Shown: positions 10,514 through 20,482 of the stretch, one piece after another
How the letters are laid out: the number at the start of each line of letters is the position of its first letter
How positions within the stretch are numbered: position 1 is the stretch's first letter
Source of the DNA: a virus
Length of the DNA stretch: 64,000 bases
Direction: 5' to 3' (one strand)
Virus record (IMG/VR): IMGVR_UViG_3300050343_000256
Coordinates: 1 to 64,000 of that record
Position numbers and translations under genes: made by a program
Notes under the pieces: model-generated
Database searches by the model: none
Told to the model about the DNA's origin: nothing
What the model saw: the letters and a program-made list of their open reading frames with translations, nothing else

Positions 10514-10735
10514 CTCTGAAGCTTGCGATGCCGCCGCAATCCCGATGTACGACTTACTCGACATCGCCTGTGCTGCAATGGCTGCACTTGAATTAGACCG
10601 TATCAGCGATAAAGAACATGCTTTTAAACATGTAATGAATCGCGTTTACGGCTACATGACTCCTGCCGCCAGGGCGGACTACCAAGAGTGGGTAGAACGC
10701 AAAGGCTGGAAAGAGAAAGAGCAAATCATCCTGCC

Positions 10736-11275
10736 TTAAACGCAGCGAAGCGTGGCCTTTAAATACCACGTTGTTTTGTTGGCGTCAGCCATCAACTCGG
10801 CGAGGTAGTTGGCCACGTCCAAGGCTTTCATTTCGATTGCCTCTGGCTCCAGCTCACAGATCATCTCGCACAAATCACAAAGATTTGCGTGATAGGTCAT
10901 CAGCATGTCCCTGCCGTCATGGCTGGTGACATTGTTGAAACACGCAGGCATCTCATCCTTCAGACCACATGCACACATCGGCATGTAAAAGTCCATCGCC
11001 CGAACAAACTCAGCGATTGTGTCGAACTGTTCCTGGTGAGCTTCATACCTCTCCTTTAGGAATCCATGCACAGCAATGAAGTTTGAACCCTCATAATTCA
11101 GGTGAATCAAGTGTGACTGAGTCTGCATCTCTTTCAAGAATGAAGCCAGTCGCACTAGATCCTGAACCAATGAGGAACAAGGGACCATAGCTTTCTCGTG
11201 AGGCACCACCATTACGCCATCTAAGGCAGTCGCTGGCATGTCAGCGTTATGCATCACAAGAGAATCTCTCAACAC
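10736..11275 (-). CDS. dps: Dps/ferritin-like protein
   Basis: HLNYEGSNFIAVHGFL..RYE....FDTIAEFVRAM ferroxidase-centre pattern; W near the C-terminus. Confidence 0.85.
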   Translation of the reverse strand: MLRDSLVMHNADMPATALDGVMVVPHEKAMVPCSSLVQDLVRLASFLKEMQTQSHLIHLNYEGSNFIAVHGFLKERYEAHQEQFDTIAEFVRAMDFYMPMCACGLKDEMPACFNNVTSHDGRDMLMTYHANLCDLCEMICELEPEAIEMKALDVANYLAELMADANKTTWYLKATLRCV

Positions 11276-11505
11276 AGTTTAGTAACTACAGCTTCAGGCA
11301 AGCACCTCAACATCGCATGAAACGGGAGTCACATTTTTGAGCTCTCTATAAATCTCTATTTTGAGCTTTTGGTCTATGGACTCAGTACGAATCAAGCGCC
11401 TGACTACGGCTTGGACGGAGCTACATTCCATCTCGTAGGAAGCTTGCATAGGCGCAGGTGCCAGCAAAAGCCCTGCAATTAGAAACACTGTCATCTGTAA
11501 ATATT

Positions 11506-11554
11506 AGCTCTGCCGAAAGGTGGAGCTTTTTTTATGCACTTTTTCAACAGTGCA
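11506..11554 (+). promoter_or_regulatory. terminator hairpin plus CAAC box copy 11
   Basis: AGCTCTGCC-GAAA-GGTGGAGCT, T-tract, then TGCACT-TTTT-CAAC-AGTGCA with perfect arms. Confidence 0.85.
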
Positions 11555-11577
11555 TTTTCAATTGATTCCTTCGTTTA

Positions 11578-12243
11578 ATGACTGATTCATCCGTGCTTGA
11601 TTTCATCCCGCAAAACTCGCCCCTCAGAACACTTAATTCTCCGAAAAGCGCATTTGGCTCAAAGCTAATACAAGTAGTCCAACCTGTCATGATCTTTTTG
11701 AGCTTTGAGAGCAGGTTCTACAAAGCCGAAAAGGTCTTCAACAAACACTCAAAAACAAGAGAGTATATCCCAAATGTTCACGGAAAAATCGAAGCAGTAA
11801 CCATAGTCAACCCAAAAAACACACAGCGGGTCAATGTTCAGGGTTCCTGCCTAAACGAAGAGACAAACGAGAAGGAACGCTGGATTCTCTCCTTTTCAAC
11901 TGTGAAGAAGCAACAAACCTACCTGTCTCTTCTGCCAAAGCTAAAAGTCGTTAACTTGCCTGAACAGTCGCTCACAATTCAGCCTCGGCTTGGAAACAGA
12001 GCAACGTTCATGGATGTATTTATCAATGGGGATCCAAGGCAAAGTGTTTACGCAAAGTCGATTGACTGCAGTGATAACGCACTCAACGAGACAGTTAACG
12101 CAATTAGGGAGCAGCTGGGTCTCCAACCGGAGTACCCAGAATGGATGAATCTAAGGACGGATCTTTCCCAGACTCAATCAGTCCCAACCAACTGCGAGAC
12201 CTACTCGGAAGAGCCGGAATCCAGCTCCCAGTCTCAGATCTGA
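11578..12243 (+). CDS. hypothetical protein
   Basis: 221-aa ORF after box 11. Confidence 0.7.
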   Translation: MTDSSVLDFIPQNSPLRTLNSPKSAFGSKLIQVVQPVMIFLSFESRFYKAEKVFNKHSKTREYIPNVHGKIEAVTIVNPKNTQRVNVQGSCLNEETNEKERWILSFSTVKKQQTYLSLLPKLKVVNLPEQSLTIQPRLGNRATFMDVFINGDPRQSVYAKSIDCSDNALNETVNAIREQLGLQPEYPEWMNLRTDLSQTQSVPTNCETYSEEPESSSQSQI

Positions 12244-12704
12244 TCCCCAGGCTGAGCTTCAAAGACAGCAAGCTCGATAGTGGCGGTATCTGCGATTTGC
12301 AGTACGTCATTATCCAGCTCATTCAAAACTCAGAGGACGGGGTTGAGTTCATTCAGCTCTTGACCCTGGCTCTCTACATGAGTGAGCTGTGTTTCACAGC
12401 CATGGAGGGCTCCATCGACGAAGCCAACGAGCTGTACGAAGGAGCAGACAAACTGAGCGTCATCAAAGAGCTTGTAAGCCTTCGGGACTCATTTAAGCGT
12501 TCATTGAGCGAACTCTCGACGATCCATCTAACCCTGATGGCATCAGCAACGTTCGATCGGATCAACCGACTACGCCCATCACTAGGCAGCGCAGCAGGAC
12601 AGAAGGACTTCCATTCCCATCTGCTTCTCAGCGATGCATTACTCGAATCACTAAAACAAACCCGCAAAGACGCGGAACCATTTCTCGACGCAAACCAACC
12701 ATGA
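12141..12704 (+). CDS. hypothetical helical protein
   Basis: 187-aa ORF with ATGA overlap to the next gene. Confidence 0.6.
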   Translation: MDESKDGSFPDSISPNQLRDLLGRAGIQLPVSDLIPRLSFKDSKLDSGGICDLQYVIIQLIQNSEDGVEFIQLLTLALYMSELCFTAMEGSIDEANELYEGADKLSVIKELVSLRDSFKRSLSELSTIHLTLMASATFDRINRLRPSLGSAAGQKDFHSHLLLSDALLESLKQTRKDAEPFLDANQP

Positions 12705-13693
12705 CGATCACCCTCGACCGCAAACTCTTCAAAGGCAACGCAGCTCTTGTTGCTCCTGGCTCAAGCACGACCGAAATCCTTGAATCGGTAGATGCCAACT
12801 TCAACGTCAACGCCGTATCCCCCGAGTTTGGAGGTCGCACCTACAACGACTACAAGCTGTGGCTTCGTTCAGATAACGGCGACTCACTCGGCCAATTCGG
12901 CAACAGAAGGCAGCCGCAAGACCCTCAGGTCATTGGGGACTTCTTCCAAAGCTTCTGCGACAACTCTGAAAAACGCATCTCCTTAGATGTTGTTGGCTCG
13001 ATCAATAAGGGCAAGACCCTTTATATGGCAAGCCGATTGGCTGGTGACACCACACAGCTAAACGATCCGACAGACCTCAGAGGTATGGCGATCAAACGCG
13101 AGGACAGCGAGCACTACATCGCTCGAGCCGATCGCACTGAACACTGGCTCATGCTTCTCGTCCACTACGGCGAAAGCCTCTCAACCAAAGCGGTTGTGTT
13201 CAGCAATGAGCTGGTCTGCACCAATGGCATGGCTCTCAAGACCGTCGACAAATCAATGGTGATTCCGCACCGGTCCTTAGCTGACGGCTTCCAAGTCGAG
13301 CAGATCCTCAACCAAGGCCTCCGCAGCAGCCAGGCCTACATGCTGATGAAAAACCGCTTTCAAAACGAACCACTTCAAATTGCTGATGGCTGCAGTCTCA
13401 TTCGAGAATTCCACGACGATCCAGAAGGCGATAGCCAGGTCGTCAAGAACCTCGAGCGCATCTACCGCTATGGATTAATCGGCGGCGATCTACCAGAACG
13501 CACCAACAACTTCTGGCGTCTTGCAAATGCACACACCCAATACACTTCGCACTCCTATGTGAGCAAGGCTGACCCAGGCAAGACTCTTCTGTCTCAACTG
13601 GAAGGCAGCAAAGCAAGAAGCAACAGGGATTGGATGCAGTTCCTTGAGTCTCAATTCACAGCTGGCGCCGACAGAACCTTAGTCCTCGCCTGA
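12701..13693 (+). CDS. DUF932-family phage/plasmid protein
   Basis: LRSDNG..LG....R.P; LVCTNGM; N.WRL.NA.TQY.SH. Confidence 0.8.
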   Translation: MTITLDRKLFKGNAALVAPGSSTTEILESVDANFNVNAVSPEFGGRTYNDYKLWLRSDNGDSLGQFGNRRQPQDPQVIGDFFQSFCDNSEKRISLDVVGSINKGKTLYMASRLAGDTTQLNDPTDLRGMAIKREDSEHYIARADRTEHWLMLLVHYGESLSTKAVVFSNELVCTNGMALKTVDKSMVIPHRSLADGFQVEQILNQGLRSSQAYMLMKNRFQNEPLQIADGCSLIREFHDDPEGDSQVVKNLERIYRYGLIGGDLPERTNNFWRLANAHTQYTSHSYVSKADPGKTLLSQLEGSKARSNRDWMQFLESQFTAGADRTLVLA

Positions 13694-13722
13694 AGCATCA
13701 GGCAAATAAAACAGAAAACACC

Positions 13723-13755
13723 GCATGAGGGGGTTGCGCACCCCCTTTTTCATGT
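13723..13755 (+). terminator. intrinsic terminator
   Basis: AGGGGGT-loop-ACCCCCT followed by a T-run. Confidence 0.6.
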
Positions 13756-13900
13756 GCAAAATGCGTGCTCAGTCTTTCGACATCATCCTTGTGCTTCCCA
13801 CCAGCCATGCAACGTATGACCAGCAGAAACAGTGAACGCCTACTTGGTGTGTCAGTCCTGATTGCCTCCCTCACAGCATTCTTTGTCAGCCCTTGGCCTA

Positions 13901-14302
13901 ATGACCGCATCATTCTTCAACAAAGAGAACGCTCAACTCAGGAGGTGTACTCAATGCGGATCGATGAAGGTGTTCGTAGTCGAATGCAGACACAGTTCGA
14001 TATACGGACTTGACGCAAAAGCGAGACGTCGTCGTCTTAAATGCCAAAAATGCGGCCATCGAAGTACGACAAAAGAAATAAGCAAGGACTTGTTAGATCA
14101 TCTAATTGGATGTCACCGAAATCTTGAAAAGATTAAGGCACTAACACTTGCGCAATCAACCAGCAAAGCGTCGCCCCCCAGGTCGTTATGCAGAAACTGC
14201 ATCTTCAATGAGAACCATAGCTGTTCATTGGAACTGCCTGAGTTCAAAACGAAGGAATCAGCGGATTGCTCCATGCATCAATACATACCAACATCATCAT
14301 GA
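13901..14302 (+). CDS. NrdR-like zinc-ribbon protein
   Basis: CTQCG...VVECR...RRRRLKCQKCGHRSTTKE plus a second Cys cluster; no ATP-cone. Confidence 0.7.
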   Translation: MTASFFNKENAQLRRCTQCGSMKVFVVECRHSSIYGLDAKARRRRLKCQKCGHRSTTKEISKDLLDHLIGCHRNLEKIKALTLAQSTSKASPPRSLCRNCIFNENHSCSLELPEFKTKESADCSMHQYIPTSS

Positions 14303-14379
14303 AAACAAAGACCACTGGTAACAAGTTTCGACCAACACGTCTTCTCGCGAGAACGTGCCATAACTGCAGGGTCAGGCTC

Positions 14380-14460
14380 ATGAAAACACGACCAAGACAA
14401 GCATCTGGAGCTACCAAGTTCTTGGTGTACAGAGGACTGAGGTACGAGTGGAAGCCATGA
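14380..14460 (+). CDS. DUF4278-like microprotein (start uncertain)
   Basis: FLVYRGLRYE. Confidence 0.45.
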   Translation: MKTRPRQASGATKFLVYRGLRYEWKP

Positions 14461-15025
14461 GAAGTCTTCACTACCACAAGAACTCAGAAACGATCATTGC
14501 CGAGGCTAAATTCAAAGCCCTTGAGGCAATACGCAAAAACGATCCGACTCAACTAACTAAACTACAACGTGCTTTTTACGATGCCAATCACCCAGACTCA
14601 AGGTCACCAGTACACGGAACGTGTCGTCAGCACACAAATCAGAGGCCTTCTATCCGCTGCCAGGGAGTACATAAACCAAAAAGATGTAAAACCAACTGAG
14701 CATATAGACCAAACCGATAGAAGCAAAGGAGGCGCACGATGAGCCACGAGACAGTAAGGCTGCAAAAACTAGAAGAGCAAATGAAGTCCTTGGCATACGA
14801 ATTCGCCAACATCAAAGAGACACACAACTACAACGTCAAAAGATATACCTGGATATCAGAGAAGTGCGACAGGATACAGAAAGAGTTTGACGAGCTCAAA
14901 AAAGGTGACAGCAACCTAGAAACCGTTTAACCGCTTTCCACTGAGATAGCTACCCCGCCGAAAGGTGGGGTTTTTAAATGCTGTATTTCATTTACTAAAA
15001 TGGATAAATCTATTCTCTCCAGGCA

Positions 15026-15613
15026 ATGACATTCAGACTAGCTGGAGAAGCTGTTAATACTCCTCGGGAAGTCTTAGTAGCCGCTACTCCAATGGAGATG
15101 AGAGGATTGCTAGATGACTTCACGAATGAAACCATTAAAGGCAATATCTCTCCCGATGCATTTACTAGTGGTTTATTGACACTAGGCGAAGCCGGACACT
15201 CGCCTAATTTTACAGCTCGCCAAATCAAGAATACATTGAAAAATCCTTTAGCAAGAATGTTAGTAGAAAGCCCTGGCATGGCCAAGCAAATGGCAGAAAG
15301 CTCGGTTGGGCTTTTGGATCAGTTTGGAATTAATAGCGACGCAGCTAAAAGCTATATCGGCCCTGGCATGAAATTGCTAACACAAGCAAAGAAAGATGGA
15401 ATCCTTAAGTCAGACGTAACTGACGAAGAGGTTGCTCGGGAGATTCAACGTCCGCTTCACTCAGCCCTCCAAAGCTGGCATAAAGATAATAAAGATAATC
15501 AACAACTACACGACTATCTAGGCTCCGAAAATCCTGGCTGGAATCCGACAGGTCAGGAAGGGCCTATCACGAGGCAAGAAGCCTTGATGATTCCCTTCCT
15601 TAAAGGATATTAA
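15026..15613 (+). CDS. hypothetical protein with N-terminal RLAG
   Basis: MTFRLAG; preceded by a terminator hairpin and TAAAAT rather than a CAAC box. Confidence 0.7.
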   Translation: MTFRLAGEAVNTPREVLVAATPMEMRGLLDDFTNETIKGNISPDAFTSGLLTLGEAGHSPNFTARQIKNTLKNPLARMLVESPGMAKQMAESSVGLLDQFGINSDAAKSYIGPGMKLLTQAKKDGILKSDVTDEEVAREIQRPLHSALQSWHKDNKDNQQLHDYLGSENPGWNPTGQEGPITRQEALMIPFLKGY

Positions 15614-15637
15614 AGGTCTTAATTAATATTTTTTTTA

Positions 15638-15682
15638 ACCCGCCGGAAGGTGGGTTTTTTTGTGCCCTCTTTCAACGGTGCA
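15638..15682 (+). promoter_or_regulatory. terminator hairpin plus CAAC box copy 12
   Basis: AACCCGCC-GGAA-GGTGGGTT, T-tract, then TGCCCT-CTTT-CAAC-GGTGCA. Confidence 0.85.
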
Positions 15683-15684
15683 TT

Positions 15685-16335
15685 TTGAATTCTCATCTCA
15701 AGCTGAACTCTGGTAATCGAAAAACCGGACCAATCGCTGTATCAACAACCAGCTGGGAAAGCTGCAATAGATCCTGTGGAGCATGGGACGATTGCTACGC
15801 ACGCAAGGGCTACTACACGAAGTTGCATGGAGACAAAGTTACCAATGGTGATAGAGGAACATCTCCAGATCACTTCATCAAACAAGTCTCCGCTATCAGA
15901 CCAGGCAATATGTTTCGCCACAACGTCGGTGGCGATTTATGGCATATCAACAATGTCATTGATAAGCCTTTGCTCAACAAATTAATAGCGGCTGTTCAGC
16001 ATTTATCCCATGCCTGGACGTACACACACCACGTACTTACCGCACAAAACCTGCTCTCTATACGGTGGGCGAACAAGTCGGGCTTCACGATCAACGTCTC
16101 TGTTGAATCAGAAGCAATAGCAGCGAAGCGGTTCAAGCAGGGTTTACCCGTGTGCTGCATCACTCAAGGGAAGCCTGAGTCATTTACTAGCCATGGCGTT
16201 CAGTTCAAACGCTGCGAGCACCAGCTTGACGGCGTTCCGAAAGACCAAAGAACACAATGCATTGGCTGCGGTAACGGAAACCCATTGTGCTCGCAAGCCG
16301 ATCGAGATTTTGTAATCGCTTTCGAACTGCACTGA
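15685..16335 (+). CDS. conserved Cys-rich phage protein (Gp88/DUF7227-like)
   Basis: SGNRKTGPIAVSTT...C..SC.....CYA; RHNVGGD; WTYTH; C..C.....C. Confidence 0.7.
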   Translation: MNSHLKLNSGNRKTGPIAVSTTSWESCNRSCGAWDDCYARKGYYTKLHGDKVTNGDRGTSPDHFIKQVSAIRPGNMFRHNVGGDLWHINNVIDKPLLNKLIAAVQHLSHAWTYTHHVLTAQNLLSIRWANKSGFTINVSVESEAIAAKRFKQGLPVCCITQGKPESFTSHGVQFKRCEHQLDGVPKDQRTQCIGCGNGNPLCSQADRDFVIAFELH

Positions 16336-17297
16336 CTAGACAACAGCCCATACCCCTCTTACACTTCGCAAGACATGTCTCTCAACTCATGCCCAAAGTC
16401 ACCATCAGCACTCCAGTCAAAGCCATCGAAGTCGAAGCAAATGCAACGACGATCGAAGACGTCTGCAGGGTCTGCAGAGCTAATGGTATCCCATTCAAGC
16501 TCAACTACAACGCAGGCAAACCAATCTACCCGTCGTTCATTTCAAGGGGGCCACGATTGGTTCGTTAGATATTACGCATGGGTAAACATGCAAACCCATC
16601 CACCTGACACGATCATCGTGATCCAAGGGATGGAGGGGGCTTTACATGAATGGCGTAAATACTTTCAACACATATACAAACTAATCAATCATCTAGAAAA
16701 ACAATCATGTCACAAGGAAAAGCTGCATACGAAGTTTTCAAGTTCGTAGGGCATTTCTGCCACGAGAGCCTGCATCATTCGGCGACACCTCAGCTACTTG
16801 AGGTGCTTCACCGAAACGACCCTGAGCAGATTCAAGTAAAAATTGAGACTGAGGACGCGGGTGAGACCTTTGACGCTGTCGTCGAAATGAAACTCATCCG
16901 CGTTGAGGAACACCGTTACCAACGCCCAGATAGCGAGCGCAACGAGCGGGATAGAAAGTACGCAAGACAAAGCAAGAAGCTCATCGCTCAACATGCTCTT
17001 AACGAATTTCATTGATATCGGTATTCTATTCCTACACATATTTGAAGGAATTGTGTACCTGAATTAAATAACTAGGCTGTACAGCCAGAGGGCAGAATTT
17101 GGATAACAGAAAAGCGATCCTTGTACGCACAGACACTCGAGAAGCACTCGACATTAAATGGCGCCCGTGCATTGCTGATGACGAGCTTGAGTATGCCAAC
17201 GCACGTCTTGAGCAATGCCGGATGCCTTACAGGTGGCGGTGGGTTGACAGGCTGACTAACTTAGCAGGAGCAATCAATATGAACGATCTTTCGCACG

Positions 17298-17927
17298 ATG
17301 CTGCAACTAAACTCCGCTCTAGTGGCAATAGCGGCTGAATTCACAGGCAAGTTTGCTCCTTACCAAGCAATAGAGATTGGACCTGCACCTGGTGGTGGAG
17401 CTTACGTCAGCTCAACAGACAAAGGAAAAATTGCGTGCCTGGCCTACGACGCCAGCGCGACAATCGACGAAACGATCAGGCTCCTACCAGCCCCGGAGCT
17501 AATCAAGTGCTGCCGTGGAATCAAAACGGCAGAAAGGCAGCTGATGATTGAGGGCAATAATGCGATCGTCACTACGTTTCGCAAGTCAACGCACGAAAAG
17601 AAAGAGATCATCATCAGTCGTTCCATTTCTGATTTCCCACCACTTGCGTCAGCCGTCAAAGCTTGTATCGATCGCTGGTCATCACAGCCAGCCGTCAGCG
17701 CTACCGCTGGCAGATATGAATCTTGGTATATCGAACGAGCCCTAAGAGGTTTGTCATCAACTGATGATTCCATAATTCTGTCTGCATTTGATGGTGGTCC
17801 ACTGCGAATTCAAACTGACGCAGGCGATGTCGTGATTCTTGTAATGCCCCAAACAGCAGAAATGATACCTTCCTTACCAGAATGGTTAAAAGAATATGCT
17901 GACGGCGTGAAAGATCTTGCACAATGA
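17298..17927 (+). CDS. beta-sliding-clamp-like protein (partial)
   Basis: STDKG..A; DFPPL; GPLRI......ILVMP. Confidence 0.5.
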   Translation: MLQLNSALVAIAAEFTGKFAPYQAIEIGPAPGGGAYVSSTDKGKIACLAYDASATIDETIRLLPAPELIKCCRGIKTAERQLMIEGNNAIVTTFRKSTHEKKEIIISRSISDFPPLASAVKACIDRWSSQPAVSATAGRYESWYIERALRGLSSTDDSIILSAFDGGPLRIQTDAGDVVILVMPQTAEMIPSLPEWLKEYADGVKDLAQ

Positions 17928-17966
17928 CTGCCACTCGGTAACTTGATTGCACAACGCAACTAAACC

Positions 17967-18626
17967 TTGGCCCATTCCGTCATTGTCGTTGCTTTGGCTG
18001 CTACTCCTACTGCTTCTGTCGCCAATGGCAGAGAAGTTTTGGAATGCTACGCGCAAACTACCGGCAAAGAACCAGTAAATCTTCTGTTAAGGGTCCGCAA
18101 TGGATCAGCTGCAGCAAGTGCTTTCGCAACCAAAGCGACCGGATCTCACCTTCTTGCATCAGGGGACTTAATCCTGAACGACCCGAGCGGGTCTTCTGTT
18201 CTATTCATGAACATGTTTTCTGATGCAATAGAGAAGCAGTACATCAACGAAACAACAGTTGTTGGAAGATTGACAGGAGAAGGTAAATCTTCTCCCACAC
18301 AGAAAAGTGCTCGTCGATCTCTAGCTGTTAATCGGTATCCCAACCGTGATGAAGAGGTAACCGACTGGTTTCAACTGCGGGGGTTTGGCTTTCTCATGGA
18401 GAAGCTCATCAAAGCTCCTAGAGGCTCGTTGGTTCAAGCACAAGGCTGCTTAGAGCAGAAGACAAACAAAGATGGCAAAAGCTATCTGGAACTGAAATGT
18501 CGCTCTCTTCGTGTCCACAACAAAGGCAAAGGACAGAGCAACCAAGCGGAAGGCACGTCCGCATCTGGCTACGACGCCGAGTCATTCAATGGCTCACCTG
18601 AAATGTCAACTGACTGGAGCAACTAA
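17967..18626 (+). CDS. ssb: single-stranded DNA-binding protein with two OB folds
   Basis: VVGRLT...LAVNR...TDWF....FG.....KAPRGSLV...G.L; acidic tail. Confidence 0.8.
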   Translation: MAHSVIVVALAATPTASVANGREVLECYAQTTGKEPVNLLLRVRNGSAAASAFATKATGSHLLASGDLILNDPSGSSVLFMNMFSDAIEKQYINETTVVGRLTGEGKSSPTQKSARRSLAVNRYPNRDEEVTDWFQLRGFGFLMEKLIKAPRGSLVQAQGCLEQKTNKDGKSYLELKCRSLRVHNKGKGQSNQAEGTSASGYDAESFNGSPEMSTDWSN

Positions 18627-19351
18627 TGGGATTTTTCCCCGACGATTACAAGCGCGAATCCGACTCCGCCCCAGGTGGCAAGAGCGAACCCAATCCAAAA
18701 TATTTTCAGTTCGACACCAAGAATCTTCAGGATGGTCAGTCGATCAGCTTCCGTCCCTGTGGTCAATTTGAAACCGGTCACGTCTGCACTGGCTTTCAAT
18801 ATTTCACGATGGACGGCAGGATCAAACGTTTTCCAAAGTACCCAAAGGAAACATCTGACATCGGTCTAACCTGGGCAGCCAAGAATGCATCAGGCAAAGA
18901 ACTTGACGATCTAGTCAAAGAGGGTAAAGACAAAGACAGACCTAAAAAATTTCTTAGCTTTGTGGCGTTCTTTCCAGATAGGAAAGATTTTGTGTGCGTC
19001 ACAATTCTGCAAAAGAAAGTCCGCGCACTGCTCGAAGACATACTTGACATGGAGGACTACGTGTTCCTCCCATCAGGTGTCGCAAATTTCACCCTGACCG
19101 CAAAACGGAAAGGCGAGAAAATTGAGACCACTTACACCTTGGCTCCAGTCCTCAAGACGCCATCGGCAGCCTTCGAAAAGAAATGGACTGATTACCAAAA
19201 CCAAGTCTGGCTTCCAGCTCTATACGAGGGTGCAGATCCATTCGACGGCAAGCCCGATAGCGGCAAAACGCAAGGGCTCCCACCCTCAAGGCAAGACGAG
19301 CTTGGCGCTGACCACGAAGTCGCAACAACCGGAATGAGCGAAGACTGGTAA
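18626..19351 (+). CDS. ssDNA-binding/recombination protein (gp32-like)
   Basis: Pattern KRKGEKIETTY.L.P...LYEGADPF; adjacent to SSB. Confidence 0.55.
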   Translation: MGFFPDDYKRESDSAPGGKSEPNPKYFQFDTKNLQDGQSISFRPCGQFETGHVCTGFQYFTMDGRIKRFPKYPKETSDIGLTWAAKNASGKELDDLVKEGKDKDRPKKFLSFVAFFPDRKDFVCVTILQKKVRALLEDILDMEDYVFLPSGVANFTLTAKRKGEKIETTYTLAPVLKTPSAAFEKKWTDYQNQVWLPALYEGADPFDGKPDSGKTQGLPPSRQDELGADHEVATTGMSEDW

Positions 19352-19377
19352 TAACTGGATAATTATCTTGCATAACG

Positions 19378-19403
19378 AAAGAGCGCCTCAGGGCGCTTTT
19401 TTG
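19378..19403 (+). terminator. intrinsic terminator
   Basis: AAAGAGCGCC-TCAG-GGCGCTTTTT. Confidence 0.7.
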
Positions 19404-19467
19404 TTGTCATGCACGACCAGGCGTACTAAGTTGCAGGACACACAACCACACAACCACACAACCACAC

Positions 19468-19851
19468 ATGAAAAAGGTACAAGTATCCATGTCAGAACAC
19501 GACCATGCAGTCCTCAAGGACTACGCGAACGCCTTCGGCATGACGATGTCTGAAGTGCTTTACGAGGCCAGCAGGCACCACATTCATAAGCACTCAAGAA
19601 GCTGTGGATTTATCTCCGCTCTCTTCGAATTCAAGAAGGTCGTCCGAGACAAAAGACTCGCAAAGGACTGCTATGGCTTCCCTTGCTTCGCTTGCAATCA
19701 CTCCACTGCCTGCCGGACTGGGTTCTACAAAGGCGGCTGGGAGATGGATCCGCAAGTTCAGCAGTACATAGACATGCACCAACCTCAAAACAAAGTCAAC
19801 GCAGAAATCCCGTTACGCCCGGAAGACGCAGAAGCGCTAGCCGCTGTCTGA
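19468..19851 (+). CDS. RHH plus Cys-rich putative regulator, paralog 1
   Basis: RHH-like N-terminus; CYGFPCFACNHSTACRTGFYKG. Confidence 0.65.
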   Translation: MKKVQVSMSEHDHAVLKDYANAFGMTMSEVLYEASRHHIHKHSRSCGFISALFEFKKVVRDKRLAKDCYGFPCFACNHSTACRTGFYKGGWEMDPQVQQYIDMHQPQNKVNAEIPLRPEDAEALAAV

Positions 19852-19985
19852 CAAGTTGCAAGCGAATGAAATAATTCGCATGTGGCTGGACACCTCTACC
19901 TATAAACACTCTTGATCAGGTTTACCCCATGACCCAAGCGCCAAAAGCCTTGGCACAATTGCAAGACGAGGTCGCAAGCTGAGCT

Positions 19986-20396
19986 ATGCACGACGATGAC
20001 ATTGTCAGGGTGACAGTCACCATGACGCGCAAACAACACAAGGCGCTTAAGCAGTACGCCAGCTTCTTCGGGCAAACTCAATCAGAGATTGTGATGGATT
20101 GCCTTGGATATTTCTGGAATAAGCACTATATATTTTGCACACTGACTCAGCAGATTTTCCACAATCTGAAGCTAGCGCCGGACAGAAGACGGCAAAAACC
20201 CTGCTATGGCCATCATTGCCATCAATGCACTAAAAGCGTTGAGTGCCGGACTGGCCTGTATCAGGGAGTTGTTCACGTAGACGAAAGCTGCCGTCCACTA
20301 ATGACAGACGACGGCAAACGCAGTCTTATCAAATTTCAGGTATCACATCATCAGACCCCTCAGTGGACAGAGGACGTGAACGGTAATGTTTCTTAG
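19986..20396 (+). CDS. RHH plus Cys-rich putative regulator, paralog 2
   Basis: CYGHHCHQCTKSVECRTGLYQG. Confidence 0.65.
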   Translation: MHDDDIVRVTVTMTRKQHKALKQYASFFGQTQSEIVMDCLGYFWNKHYIFCTLTQQIFHNLKLAPDRRRQKPCYGHHCHQCTKSVECRTGLYQGVVHVDESCRPLMTDDGKRSLIKFQVSHHQTPQWTEDVNGNVS

Positions 20397-20482
20397 TCAT
20401 ATAAACGAGCGAGATTCCTCCAAACATCGTATCAATACTGGGCTTTTCGCCTATTATTGACCCATCAACAGGAGGTCTCGCC

